This document shows, piece by piece, positions 1 through 13,180 of a stretch of 64,000 nucleotides of DNA. Under the pieces are notes generated by a model. That model saw only the letters and a program-made list of their open reading frames with translations, was not told the DNA's origin and made no database searches. The translations under genes and the position numbers were made by a program. This DNA comes from the human T2T-CHM13v2.0 reference genome, Homo sapiens. The DNA lies in NCBI GenBank assembly GCA_009914755.4, contig CP086569.2, positions 14,528,001-14,592,000 on the forward strand. The letters run 5' to 3'. The stretch's first letter is position 1. Each line of letters starts with the position of its first letter.

Positions 1-187
1 TCTGACATACTGGGAGACATTTTCCCCATTGTCTTGTGGATTAACATTTGACTTCTTTTTAGTGATGCAAATTTCTGCAGCCAGCTTGTATTTCTCCTCA
101 GTAATGAGATTTTCTTTTCTATCATATTGTCAGGGTTCAAATTTTCTGAACTTTTATGGTCTGCTTCTCTTATAAAATTGAATGTCT

Positions 188-497
188 GGCGGTGTGCAGT
201 GGCTCATGCCTGTAATCTCAGCGCTTTGGGAGGCCGAGGCAGGCAGATCACAAAGTCAGGAGATCAAGACCATCCTGGGTAACACAGTGAAATCCTGTCT
301 CTACTAAAAATACAAAAAATTAGCCAAGGATGGTGGCAGGCACGTGTAATCCCACCTACTCAGGAGGTTGAGGCAGGAGAATGGTGTGGACTCAGGAGGT
401 GGAGCTTTCAGTGGGCCGAGATCCTGCCACTTCACTCTAGCCTGGGTGACAGAGAGAGACTCCGTCTCAAAAAAAAAAATAAAATAAAATAAAAAAA
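188..497 (+). mobile_element. Alu SINE, full dimer with A-rich tail
   Basis: Starts GGCGGTGTGCAGTGGCTCATGCCTGTAATC... and ends ...CTCCGTCTCAAAAAAAAAAATAAAATAAAATAAAAAAA. Canonical Alu left and right arms are recognisable. Confidence 0.9.
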
Positions 498-498
498 T

Positions 499-665
499 GA
501 GCCAGGCATGGTGGCATGTGTCTGTAATCCCTGCTACTCAGAAGGCTGAGGCAGGAGAATTGCCTGAACCTGGGAGGTGGAGGTTGCAGTGAGCTAAGAT
601 TGCGTCATCAGCCTGGGTGAAAAAGCAAGACTCCATCTCAAAAAAAAAAAAAAAAAAAAAAAAGA
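499..665 (+). mobile_element. Partial Alu (right-arm-like, about 165 bp) directly abutting the preceding Alu, with a 25-nt poly-A tail
   Basis: GAGCCAGGCATGGTGGCATGTGTCTGTAATCCCTGCTACTCAGAAGGCTGAGGCAGGAGAAT...GCCTGGGTGAAAAAGCAAGACTCCATCTC followed by A25, then (GAA)3. Confidence 0.75.
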
Positions 666-2006
666 AGAAGAAACTGAATGCCTTTAACAGCACCTATTGA
701 ACGCTTGCTGCTTAGATATTTCTTCCAGTAGATATCCTAAGTCATCCTTCTCAAGTTCAAATTTCCACAAATCTGTAGGGCAGGGGCAAAATACCACGTC
801 TCTTTGCTAAAACATAATAAGAGTCACCTTTGCTCCAGTTCCCAACAAGTTTCTTATCTCATCTGAAACCACCTCAGTCTGCATTTTATTTTTCATAGCA
901 TTATCAGCATTTTGGTCAAAGCGATTCAAAAAGTCTCTAGGGAGTTCCAGACTTTCTCACATTATCCTGTCTTCTGAGCCCTCCAAAGTGTTCCAACCTT
1001 TGTCTGTAACCCAATTCCAAGGTCACTTTTACATTTTCAGGTATCTTTTCAGCAGCTGATACCAATTTACTGTATTAGTGTGTTCTCATGCTGCTGATAA
1101 AATATACCCAATACTGGGCAATTTATGATAGAAAGAGGATTAATAGACTTACATTTCTACATGGCTGAGGAGGCCTCAAAAACATAGTAGAAGACAAGGA
1201 GGAACACGTCTCATTTTACATTGATGGTAGCAGGCAAAGGGAGAGAGCTTGTGTAGGGAAACTATAAAACCATTAGATCTCATGAGACTTATTCACTATC
1301 ACAAGAACAGCACAGAAAACTCTTGCCCCATGATTACTCCCACAGGTCCCTCCCACAACACATAGAAATTCATGGAGAGATTTCAGTGACAACACAGACA
1401 AAGCATATTAACATTGTCAGAAAAACTCTCTGAATTATTTTGTTTTCTCTTACAGCTGGCTATTTCTTTTTAAATTCAGTGTACATGTAAGTTCATTTAG
1501 GCATGTCAAGGTTACCGCATTTTTGGCATTGCGATTTTGGATATTCACAAATTATGTGAGATTGTTTTCCTAAATAATTACAAAAGATGGCACCATAAGT
1601 ATTGTACATGAACCCTGTTGGGTCTCTAAAACTGGATCTCTCGTTAAGGAGAAAGACTTGGTTTTGAATGAACACTTGTCTCTAATTTGGATTCTCTTCT
1701 TAAGTGACCAAAGTCTGTAAGGAAAATTTTGGTCAGTCAAGAAGAAATTATATATACAAATACATATCAATTGAACCAAGCTTTAGTTTTAAAAATAATA
1801 AATTTTGCTCAAGCCAAGATGACTCCATTTTTCTTTTCAGAGGTAAATTCTTTTTTTTCCTCCTTGACCAAATTTGAGCTAGAGGAAATGTTACAAACAA
1901 GAAAGGCTACAAGCAAGTAAGACAAACAAAACCTTAAATTCAAAGGAAAGTGAAACCCACACCTGCAAACAGCAGAATATCTGGAGAAATAACACACAGA
2001 ATTCTT

Positions 2007-2718
2007 TTTTTTATATATATACTTTAAGTTCTAGGGTACATGCGCACAACGTGCAGGTTTGTTACGTATGTATACATGTGCCATGTTGGTGTGCTGCACC
2101 CAGTAACAGGTCATTTCCGTTAGGTATATCTCCTAATGCTACCCCTCCCCCCTTCCCCAGCCACACAACTAGTCCCAGTGTGTGATATCCCCCTTCCTGC
2201 ATCCAAGTGTTCTCATTGTTCAATTCCCACCTATGAGTGAGAACATGTGGTGTTTGGTTTTTTGTCTTGCGATAGTTTGCTGAGAATGATGGTTTCCAGC
2301 TTCATCTGTCCCTACAAAGGACATGAACTCATCATTTTTTATGGCTGCATAGTATTCCATGGTGTATATGTGCAACATTTTCTTAATCCAGTCTATCGTC
2401 GTTGGACATTTGGGTTGGTTCCAAGTGTTTGCTATTGTGAATAGTGCTGCAGTAAGCATACTTATGCATGTGTCTTTATAGCAGCATGATTTATAATCCT
2501 TTGGGTATATACCCAGTAATGGGATGGCTGGGTCAAATGGTATTTCTGGTTCTAGATCCCTGAGGAAACTTCAGACTGACTTCCACAATGGTTGAACTAG
2601 TTTACAGTCCCACCAACAGTGTAAAAGTGTTCCTATTTTTCCACATTCTCTCCAGCACCTGTTGTTTCCTGACTTTTTAATGATTACCATTCTAACTGGT
2701 GTGAGATGGTGTCTCATT
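2007..2718 (-). mobile_element. 5'-truncated LINE-1 (3' end: ORF2 C-terminal remnant plus 3'UTR) flanked by a 16-bp target-site duplication
   Basis: The reverse complement matches the L1 3' end (TACTTTAAGTTCTAGGGTACATG... CAATTCCCACCTATGAGTGAGAACATG... CCAGTAATGGGATGGCTGGGTCAAATGG... CTAACTGGTGTGAGATGGTGTCTCATTG). A poly-T (= poly-A tail) lies at 2005-2013. AACACACAGAATTCTT occurs at 1991-2006 and again at 2721-2736. ORF 2220..2459(-) translates to an L1 ORF2 C-terminus (WNQPKCPTTIDWIKKMLHIYTMEYYAAIKNDEFMSFVGT). Confidence 0.88.
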
Positions 2719-5285
2719 GAACACACAGAATTCTTACCTTAAGAAACAGAGTTTCAAATTCAGCTCCATTAGGGAACTTGAATAAAGTCTTAATCTTGGC
2801 TTAAACCAGGGAGACTATCCCAGAGAAACACCACAGAAACAATCCCAGCCACCCGTACAGCCTCTGATGATGTCAGAAGTTATGACAGGAAGTGGACATT
2901 GAACATCCTTATTATGCCCTCCTCCCTTTGGTGTTTAGGCACAACTGACCAGCATTAACATTAAAACAGAAATCATAAGACTGATAAAACATAGTTTTTA
3001 TAAGAATAGGATATTCAGCTCTAACCTGACTGATACGACATCACATGAGAGATAGTAGGCAGTGAAGGAAATGAATGTATTTTACCCCAAAATGTATTTC
3101 TTTGACATATTTGGAAATGACTCTGCAAAACCATCTCTTGTGAGGAAAACTTACATTCTGCAGAGAATCTATTTCCCTTACTAGTTCTCTGGAGAGTCTG
3201 ATACTTTTAGTAAGAGACATTCACATGTATTCTCCTTAAACCCTGCTACCTGAAGGCTTTATCCACATTTCAAGAACCTTGGCTTCTACACTCCTACACC
3301 TTCTTACCATACCTCAATCATTTTTTATGACAATTTTAACTCTTCAGACAAGCTTAACTCTTTCAACCAGCTGCTAATTAGGAAACCTCTGAATCTTCCT
3401 ATGATTCAGAGATGTTTCCCATATCTAGTACTATAAAACTGAAGTCACATAAATCTTCCCTTTGAGAAATGTTAATTGGACATGCGAACTAGGAACTAGG
3501 AAGATCACTTGAGCCCAAATAGTGTAAAGTAGAAGCTGGGGTGCTAGTCAAGAAAAATCCTCCACTTCATAGCCTTGTGGAAAACTTATTGGGGCTTATA
3601 CCAAAAGCCTGTTAGCACTTCCCAATGACAATGACTTAAATAGAGAATTTCCACTTGAGGGGCACTTACTGCCTTGCTATGGGATGTTTACTGAGCTTCC
3701 CCTATGCTAATGGAAATAATGGTGCCCAAAATTTTCATGATAAATTAATAATGTTTTACATGGGATCTTGCTATCTGCCAAAGCAAGGAGGAAACACTTA
3801 TGAGGAGCGATCCTCCTTTTTCTCCAGGACTGACTCTAATCATGTGAAGAGCTGCCAGATTTTACAATGTCTGGTAGCTCTCATCTGTCAAAAGCGGCTA
3901 GCATATGAGTGGCAGTTCCAAGGTATACAAATAAGATCTTGTTTGAAAGACGGATGCTCTGGCTAAAATAGAGTCAAGGAAATCTTTTTCTTTTGGTTTA
4001 TTTATGGCTTAGTGCCTTTGGGTGAAGTGTGCTTTTGTGAGCAAATTTACCTTTTTCTCTGAGTTCCCCAAAATTTAGAAACTATAATTTTATGACACCA
4101 CAGTTATTTCTGTAAGTTTACTAAGTCTTTTCTTTTAAAATAGGACAACTGGAAATATTGGTTACGTTAAGAAGACTGACTAGAATAACATATTATTAGG
4201 TAAAATTCCAGCAAATCCAACTTAAAAGGAGCATATATGTCCAATCCATTCTTGTATTTTATGCAAATAATTAAGCTAAGTACAACAAACCTGAAACTTC
4301 TTTTACACAAAAATTTGTCCTACTCTTATTTCTCTTTAACAAAAAATGAGGGCTAGAGGGAGAGAAATTGTTTCAAAGGAAAGGTACAACATTTGTTTCT
4401 AGATTTCAATTCTGACCTTTGTTTTTGAATGCAGATTCAATTATGAGTTATTTCTTGGCTACAATGATACTTTTAAGAGGGCCAGATTACAACTTTTTTC
4501 ATATTTTTATTTGGCATACTAATGGAATAGCTTCCTTTTTTTGTTCTGACACACAAATGCTCTTTTGATGCCAAAATACTAACGTTATTTTTCTCTCCTT
4601 GTTTTACTTCCAAGGAAATCGGAATTAAGGTATTCTGAACACTAGAGATGCCAGTCTCCCTCATTTGACATCCAACTGGACCTGACCTGTTTTTCTCTGC
4701 AAATGCCCTGCTGCTAAGACTATATAAGTACTCTCCCTCTAGGCAGAGACTGTCACAAAGAGGTGGCCATGTGAGATTGTAAACGCTGGTATTGAGGAAT
4801 AGAATTATTTCAGATGCTTCAAATTAGGAATGGACATTGTGATGCCTAAACAGCTGGTAAAATGACTCTGCCTTCCAAGCTATTTTGTGACACCTTTTTA
4901 TCCATTCCAACCATAAAGTTTGTTAAATCTATTGACTTTATGTCTCTTTTCTATAGGAGTGTCCCACTGAGAAATAGGATGTATGCAGGGAAGGCAGCCA
5001 TGCTACTCCAGCAATACTATGGGACAAAATAAAAATTTGGTAGTCAGTGATGTTGCCTCTGGCAAGTCTTGGCCAGAAATGGGAGAATGTAAACAAAAAA
5101 TAAAATTCTAAGCCTCCTGATCATCTGAAAGCATGCTTCCTCTAGGAAAGGCATTACAAAGCTAAGCTGAAAAATTAATTCAGGCCATGATATGAAGTGG
5201 GGGTTGGACATGCCTTATTATACCTTCCTCTCTTTTGTAATTAATGATAGAACAGAGGGTTTAAGTTTGATAAGAAACATTTATT

Positions 5286-5601
<316 letters not shown>

Positions 5602-6002
5602 CTATTCTTTATGAAGTTTGCTACCTAGAAGCTTCACATGCCTAATAAAACAACCCCTTCTCATAACCTAGACATTTCTAAGTCTTTAGACAGTAACTTA
5701 ACTTTCAACCAATTGCCAATTATAAAATATTTGAATTGACCTGTGATTTGGAAGCCTCTCTCCCTTGTCCCCGTTTCCAGTTTCCCACCTTTCTGAACTG
5801 AGCCAATGTACATCTTACATGTATTTGATTGATATCTCCATGTCTCCCTAAAATGTATTAAGCCAAGTTTTACATCAACCACCTTGGACATGTATTCTTA
5901 GGGTCTTCTGAGGGCTATGTCATAGGCCACTAGTCACTCATATTTGGCTCAGAATAAATGTGTTCAAATATTTTACAGAATTTGATTCTTTGTTGACCCT
6001 AC

Positions 6003-6955
6003 TGAGAGCTGAAGCCAGCTGGGCTTCTGGGTCAGGTGGGTACTTGGAGAACCTTTCTGTCTAGCTAAAGGATTGTAAGCACACCAATCAGTGCTCTGTG
6101 TCTAGCTAAAGATTTGTAAATGCACCAATCAGCACTCTTTAAAAATGCATCAGTCAGCACTCTGTGTCTAGCTAAACGTTTGTAAACACACCAATCAGCA
6201 CTCCATAAAAATGGACCAATCAGCACTCTGTAAAATGGACCTATAAGTGCTACATAAAATGGACCGATCAGCAGGATGTGGGTGGGGCCAAATAAGGGAA
6301 TAAAAGCTGGCCATCCTAGCCAGCAATGGCAACCGGCTCAGGTCCCCTTACATGCTGTGGAAACATTGTTGTTTTGCTCTTCACAATACATCTTGCTGCT
6401 GCTCAGTCTTTGGGTCTGCATTACCTTTATGAGCTGTAACACTCATGGCAAAGGTCTGCAGCTTCACCTCTCAAGTCAGCAAGACCACGAACCCACTGGG
6501 AGGAAGAAACAACTCCAGATGTGCCACCTTTAAGAATCATAACACTCACTGCAAAGTTCTTCAACTTCACTCCTGAAGTCAGCAATACCATGAACCCACT
6601 AGAAGGAAGAAACTCTGGACACATCTGCACTACCTTTATGATCTGTAACACTCACTGCGAAGGTCTGCAGCTTCACTCCTGAAGTCAGGAAGACCAGGAA
6701 CCCACTAGAAGGAAGAAAGTCTGGACACATCTGAACATCAGAAGGGACAAACTCCAGACACACCATCTTTAAGAACTGTAACACTCACCATTAGGGTCCA
6801 GAAGGAATAAACTCCAGACACATCTGGATATTAGAAGGAACAAACTCGAGACACACCTTCTTTAAGAACTGTAACACTCACCATGAGTGTCTGCGTCTTC
6901 ATTCTTGAAGTAAGCAAAATGAGGAACGCACCAGAATGAAACAATTCTGGAAACA
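6003..6955 (+). mobile_element. LTR12-type 5' LTR of provirus A (U3 with CCAAT-box repeat array, R, U5 with about 7 tandem ~72-bp units)
   Basis: Starts TGAGAGCTGAAGCCAGCTGGGCTTCTGGG. About six copies of ...CACCAATCAGCACTCTGT(AA)AAATGGAC... lie at 6080-6270. GGGGCCAAATAAGGGAATAAAAGCTGGCC is at about 6285. Repeated CTGTAACACTCAC..GGTCTGCAGCTTCACTCCTGAAGTCAG..AAGACCA.GAACCCACTAGAAGGAAGAAA units span 6420-6955. The LTR ends ...GAAACA. Confidence 0.82.
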
Positions 6956-6958
6956 TTT

Positions 6959-6976
6959 TGGTGACCATGAAGGGAC
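6959..6976 (+). promoter_or_regulatory. Primer-binding-site-like 18-mer TGGTGACCATGAAGGGAC, 3 nt downstream of the 5' LTR end
   Basis: Position and TGG start are typical of a retroviral PBS. The tRNA-Arg assignment for ERV9 is from memory; I could not verify tRNA complementarity by eye. Confidence 0.5.
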
Positions 6977-8179
6977 TATCACCAAGCAGTGAGTACCATT
7001 GGATCCCTTTCACTTGTTATTCTGTCCGATTTTTCATTAGAATTTGGGGGCTAAATACTGGGCACCTTCAGCCAGTTAAAAGTCACTAGCACGGCTGCTG
7101 GACTAAAGACATGGGTGTCAGGCTTTCTGGGAAAGGTCTCTCTAACAACCCCCGACTCTTAGGATTTGGGAGCATTGGTTTGCCTGGAACCAGCTTCCAC
7201 TTTTCCTGTACTTCCAGGCTGAGGCAAGGGTCAACAGAGCGGAAAGCCATTCAGCCCTCTGGTCCTGATAAAATTTGGTTGATCCTGTGGCCATGAGTGG
7301 AACTTTCAAAGTCATGTCATCCAAGTGATACTCCCCATCTATTCTATCTATCCTGACCATTGCCACCTGGGTCTAATACCTGTCAGACAAACTTCCTCTT
7401 GGCTCTCTTCTCTGAGGCTAGTCCCACTTCTAAAAACCACTCCCTGTCTCTGCCGCTTTTCTAGTTTCTCCTATAAGAATGATTTCTAGTATAAACTTTA
7501 GGACTCTGTTACCTGCTTAAGCACCTGGGCTCACCAATTAGAAAGACACAATTTTTGCCCAAAGCCCCATTGTAGGGTGGACTGTCTGGAATTTTAAGAT
7601 ACCCCCTGAGACAAGCAGGCCTAACAAAAGCTATTCCTGAAGCTAGGATATGGGGAGCCTCAGAAATGATATCCTTCCTATTCAAAAGAGGACAAAAGGT
7701 ATCACTCTACCAACTCTGGAGATCCCTCTCCTCCCTCAGGATATGACCCTCCCCTTCATTTTTGAGGCATAACATCTTTATAGGATATGAGCAAAGGAGA
7801 ACACTTAGGACTCTAACAAGTTTTCAAGAATGCATTAGTAAGGGCCTCTAAATCCAATTTTTCTTGGTCCTCTTTGTGGTCTAGGAGGACAGGCAATGGT
7901 ACAGGTTTCTGAGAATGCATTGGTAAAGGCCACTAAATCTGACATTCCTCAGTCCTCCATGTGGTCTGGGAGGAAAACTAGTGTTTCTGCTGCTGCATCG
8001 GTGAGTGCAACTATTCTGATCAGCAGGGTTCAGGGACAATTGTGGGTTCTTGGGTAAGAGGTGTTCCTGCTGCTGTGTTGGTGATCACAACTATTCCAAT
8101 CAGCAGAGCCCAGGGGCCATTGCAGGTTCTTGGGCAGGGGGAGAAACAAACCAAAACCATGGGTGGTTTTGTCTTTCAG

Positions 8180-9680
8180 ATGGGAAACACCCAGTCATCA
8201 ACAGGCTCACCGTTGAAATGCATCCTAAGCCATTGGGAGCAATTTAACCCACAAACCCTGAAAAAGAGGTGGCTCATTTTCTTCTGCACTATGGCCTGGC
8301 CCCAATATTCTTTTTCTGATGAGGAAAAATGATGATCTGAGGGAAGTATAAATTACAATACTATCCTGCAGCTTGAACTTTTCTGTAAGAGAGAAGGCAA
8401 ATGGAGTGAAATACCTCATATCCAAGCTTTCTTTTCATTGAAGGAGAATACATAACTATGCAAAGCTTGCAGTTTACATCCTACAGGAGGATGTCTCAGC
8501 TTACTCCCATATCCTAGCCTCCCTATAGCTCCCCTTCCTGTTTATGATAAGCCTCTTCTAATCTCCCCCACCCAGAAGGAAATAAGCAAAGAAATATCCA
8601 AAGGACCACAAAAATCCCCAGGCTATTGGTTATGTCTCCTTCAAGCTGTAGGGGGAGGGGAATTTGGCCCAAACCAGGTACATGTCCTCTTCTCCCTCTC
8701 TGATTTAAAGCAGATCAAGGCAGACCTGGGGAAGTTTTCAGATGATCCTGATAGGCACATAGATGTCCTACAGGGTCTAGGACAACCCTTCAATCTCACT
8801 TCTAGAGATGTCATGCTATTGTTAGATCAAACCCTGGCCTTTAATGAAAAGAATGCAGCATTAGCTGCAGCTTGAGAGTTTGGAGATACCTAGTATCTTA
8901 GTCAAGTAAATGACAGAATGACAGCTGAAGAAAGGGATAAATTCCCTACTGGTCAGCAAGCCAAGCCCAGTATGGATCCCCACTGGGAACTTGACTCAGA
9001 TCATGGGGATTGGAGTTGTAAACATCTGTTGACCTGTGTTCTAGAAGGACTACTGAAAATTAGGAAAAAGTCCATGAATTATTCAATGATGTCCATCATA
9101 ACTCAGGGAAAGGAAGAAAATCCTTCTGCCTTCCTTGAGTGGCTACAGGAGGCGTTAAGAAAATATACTCACTTGTCACCCAACTCACTCAAGGGTCAAC
9201 TGATTTTAAAAGATAAGTTTATTACCCAATCAGCAACAGATACCAGGAGAAAGCTCCAAAAGTGAGCCCTGGGCCCTGAACAAAATCTAGAGGCATTATT
9301 AAATCTGGCAACCATGGTGTTCTATAATAGGGACCAAGAGGAACATATCCCAAAGGAAAAGCGAGATAAGAGAAAGGCCTTAGTCATGTCGCTCAGACAA
9401 ACAAACCTTGGTGGTTCAGAAAGGAGAGAAAATGGAGCAAGCCAATCACCCCATAGGGCTTGTTGTCAGTGTATCTTACAAGGACACTTTGAAAAAATTG
9501 TTCAAAAGGAAACAAGTCCCCCCTCATCCATGGCCACTATGCTGAGGCAATCACTGGAAGGCACACTGCCCCAGAGTGCAAATGTTCTCTGGGACAGAAG
9601 CCCCCAACCAGATGATCCAACAACAGGACTGAGGGTATCTGGGGCAAGCACTAGCTCATGTTATCACCCTCACTGAGCCC
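8180..9680 (+). pseudogene. gag remnant of provirus A (MA start MGNTQSSTGSPLKCILSHWEQF..., CA-like segment, NC-like Cys/His segment), broken by stops and frameshifts
   Basis: ORFs 8042..8332, 8918..9265 and 9314..9676. The first begins with the myristoylation-type MGNTQS motif. The same MA sequence recurs in provirus B (MGRQTKQ...STGSPLKCILSHCNQLDAQTLKK). Confidence 0.7.
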
Positions 9681-10130
9681 CAGGTATATTTAACCATTGA
9701 GGGCCAGGAAACTGACTTTCTCCTGGACATGGGTGTGGCTTTCTCATTGTTAATCTCCTGTCCTGGAAGACTGTCCTCAAGGCCCGTTACCATCTGATGA
9801 ATCCTGGGACAGCCTGTAACCAGGTATTTCTCCCACCTCCTCAGTTGTAAGTGGGAGACCTTGCTCTTTTCACATGCCTTTCTTGTTATGCCTGAAAGTC
9901 CCACACCCTTATTAGGGAGGGATACGTTAGCCAAAGCTGGAGCTATTATCTTTATGAATATGGGGAACAAGTTACCCATTTGTTGTCTCCTACTGGAGGA
10001 GGGAATCAACCCTGAAGTCTGGGCATTGGAAGGATAATTTTGAAGTGCAAAAAATGCCTGTCCAGTCCAAATCAGCCTAAAATATCCCACCACTTTTCCT
10101 TATCAAAGGCAATATCCCTTAAGGCCTGAA
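9680..10130 (+). pseudogene. protease remnant of provirus A (active-site LLDTG degraded to LLDMG)
   Basis: CTCCTGGACATGGGTGTGGCTTTCTCATTG at about 9720 translates LLDMGVAFSL. It is followed by a polypurine-rich stretch towards RT. Confidence 0.55.
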
Positions 10131-13100
10131 GCTCATAAAGGATTACAGGATATTGTTAAACATTTAAAAGCTCAAGACTTAGTAAAGAAATGCAGCTGTC
10201 CCTGCAATACCCCAGTTCTATGAGTACAGAAGCCAAATGGTCAGTGGAGACTAATGCAAGGTCTTAGACTCATCAATGAGGCAGTAATTCCTCTATATGC
10301 AGTTGTACCCAACCCCTATACACTGCTCTCTGAAATACCAGAGGAAGAAGAATGGTTCACTCTTCTGGACCTCAAGTGTGCCTTTTTCTGTTCCCCTGCA
10401 CACTGACTCCCAGTTTCTCTTCGCTTTTGAGGATCCCACAGATCACAGGAGGATGTCTTAGCTTACTCCCATATCCTAGCCTCCCTATAGCTCCCCTTCC
10501 TATTAGTGATAAGCCTCCTTATGTGGACGTCCACCTTACGTGGACAGTCTTGCCCCAAGGGTTTAGGGATAGCCCTCATCTGTTTGGTTAGGCACTGGCC
10601 CAATATCTAGGCCACTTCTCAAGTCCAGGCACTCTGATCCTTCAGTATGTGATGATTTACTTTTGGCTACCAGTTTGGAAGCCACATGCCAGCAGGCTAC
10701 TCTAGATCTTTTGAACTTTCTAGCTAATCAAGGGTACAATATGTCTAAGTCGAAGACCAAGCTTTGCCTACATCAGGTCAAATGTCTAGGCCTAATCTTA
10801 GCCAGAGGGGCCACAGCCCCCAGAAGGGAATGAATACAGCCTATACTGGCTTATCCTTGCTCTAAGACATTAAAACAGTTGTGGCAGTTCCTTGGAATCA
10901 CTGGCTTTTGCTGACTATTTGTCCCTGGATACAGTGAGATAGACAGACCCCTCTGTACTCTAATCAAGGGACCCAGAAGGCAAATAATCATCTAGTAGAA
11001 TGGGAACCAGGGGGCAGAAACAGTCTTCAAAACCTTAAAACAGTACCACTAGTTCTAATACAAGCTCCAGCTTTAGGCCTTCCCACAGGACAAAACTTCT
11101 CTTTATATGTCACAGAGAGAGCAGGGATAACTCTTGGACGGCTTACTCAAACTCGTGGGACAACCCCACAACCAGTGGCCTACCTAAGTAAAGAAATTGA
11201 TATAGTAGGAAAAGGCTGGCCTCACTGTTTATGGGTAGTTGTGGCGGTGGCCATCCTAGTGTCAGAGGCTATCAAACTAATACAAGGAAGGATCTCACAA
11301 CTATACTACTCATGATGCAAATGTCGTATTAGGTGCCAAAGGAAGTTTATGGCTATCAGGTAACTGCCTGCTTAGAAACAAGGCACTGCTCCTTGAGGGA
11401 CCAGTGCTTCAAATATATACATATGTGACCCTCAACCCTGCAACTTTTCTCCCAGAGAATGGGGAACCAATTGAGCGTGACTGCCAACAAATTGTAGTCC
11501 AGACTTATGCCACCCGAGATGATCTCCTATAAGTCCCCTTAGCTAATCCTGACCTTAACCTGTATACCAATGGAAGTTCATTTGTGGAGAATGGGATATG
11601 AAGGGCAGGTTTTGCCACAGTTAGTGATGTAAGCGTGCTTGAAAGTCAGCCTCTTCCCACAAGGACCAGCACCTAGTTAGCAGAACTAGTGGCACTTGCC
11701 AAAGCCTTAGAACTGGGAAAGGAAAAAAGAAAAAATGTGTATACAGATAGCAAGCATGCTTATCTACTACTACATGCCCATGCTGCAACATGGAAAGAAA
11801 GGGAATCTCTAACCTCTGTGGAACCCCAATTAAATATCACAAGGAAATTATAGAGTTATTGCACGCAGTGCAAAAACCAAAGGAGATGACAGTTTTACAC
11901 TCCCAAAGCCATCAGAAAGGTGAAGGAGAAAAGGCAGAAGGAAACCATTGGGCATATGCTGAGGACAAAATTGCTGCCAAGCAGAAACTCCCAAGAGAAA
12001 TACTTATGGAAAGACCCTTGGTATGCAGCAACTCCCACCAAGAGATTAAGCTCCAGTATTCCCTGACTGAAACAGAATGGGCACTTTCACGGGGGCATAG
12101 TTTTCTCCCCTCGGGGTGATTAACGACAGAAGGAAAGGTACTTATACCCAAAGCCAGCCAGTGGAAAATACTTAAAACCCTCCATAAAACTTTTCATATG
12201 GGTATTGAAAACACTCATCAAATGGCCAAATCCCTATTTACAGGGCCAAACCTCCTCCGGACAATTCGACAGGTAGTCACAGCCTGTGAGGTGTGCCAAA
12301 GGAATAATCCCTTGGTCCATCATAAGACCCCTTTGGGGGAAAAAGAATATGTCACTGTCCTGGAGAGGACTGATTGTTAGACTTCACTCATATGCCTAAG
12401 TCAAAGGGATTTTAATAGTTGTCGGTCTGTGTTGATATCTTTACAAATTGGATAGAATACTTCCCCTGCAAGACAAAGAAGTCTCAGGAAGTCATTAAAG
12501 TCCTAATTCATGAAATAATTCCTAGATTTGGGCTTCCCCAAGGATTACAGAGCAACAGTGGTTCGGCTTTTAAAGCCATGATAGCTCAGGGAATTTCCAG
12601 GGCATTAGGGATACAATATCTCCTTCACTGCTCCAGGAGGCCACAATCTTCAGGGAAGATCAAGAAGGCAAATGAAACACTCAAGAGGAACTTAGGGAAA
12701 CTCACACAAGAAACTCATCTCCCTTAGCCTACCCTTTTGTCCATGGCCTTGTTGAGAATCTGAAATTCTCTTCACAAAATGGGGCTCAGTCCATATGAAA
12801 TGCTCTATGGATGACATTTTCTCACAAATGACCTCTTACTTGATCAGGATATGGCCAACTTGGTCAAAGATATAACTTCTTTGGCAAAATGTCAATAAAA
12901 CCTTGAAAAACTACCTGAAGGATGTCACAGAGAAAAGGGAACAGAATTGTATCAACCAGGAGATTTAGTGTTGGTCAAATCTCTCCCCTCTACCTCACCA
13001 TCTATGGACTCTTTGCGAGAAGGACCATACTTGGTAATCCTCTCTACTCCCACTGCAGTTAAGGTGGGAGGAGTGGAATCTTGTATTCATCATACCAGAG

Positions 13101-13180
13101 TTAAATTTTGGACACTCCCTGTGGAACCTGTGGGACTGTCAGCTCAGGAGTCCCAAGATCAGCCAGACCAGTCTTGATAA
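10130..13180 (+). pseudogene. pol remnant of provirus A (RT, RNase H, integrase), multiply frameshifted
   Basis: ORF 10352..10591 carries the RT motif LPQGFRDSPHLFG. YVDDLLL is degraded by a 1-nt deletion at about 10634-10650 (TATGTGATGATTTACTT). ORF 12198..12380 has the integrase zinc-finger spacing H-x3-H...C-x2-C (HQMAKSLFTGPN...ACEVCQRNNP). ORF 12419..12727 has an integrase core (VDIFTNWIEYFPCKTKK... HCSRRPQSSGKIKKANETLKRNL). The C-terminal ORF 12947..13177 ends in a stop. Confidence 0.75.

Noticed and set aside
4573-4640. Possible 15-nt micro-exon GAAATCGGAATTAAG with upstream polypyrimidine tract/AG and downstream GTATTC donor
   Set aside because: Splice-like motifs of this quality occur by chance every few kb in AT-rich DNA. 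There is no supporting ORF continuity or conservation evidence visible from sequence alone.
6080-6270. CCAATCAGCACTCTGT tandem units initially reminiscent of SVA VNTR or a novel satellite
   Set aside because: The full context (TGAGAG..GAAGC..GCTGGGCTTCTGGG start, GGCCAAATAAGGGAA, AATAAATCTTGCTGCTGCTCACTCTTTGGGTCC, CTGTAACACTCAC units, PBS-like TGG 3 nt downstream, paired copies flanking gag-pol-env) is that of LTR12/HERV9 U3 enhancer repeats, not SVA or satellite DNA.
9656-10093. 145-aa ORF on the minus strand across the provirus A pro region (and its mirror 41524..41802 on the plus strand over provirus B)
   Set aside because: It is antisense to the recognisable gag-pro-pol reading direction. 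Antisense ORFs through purine-rich retroviral pol/pro regions are common artefacts. No homology to any protein family recognised.
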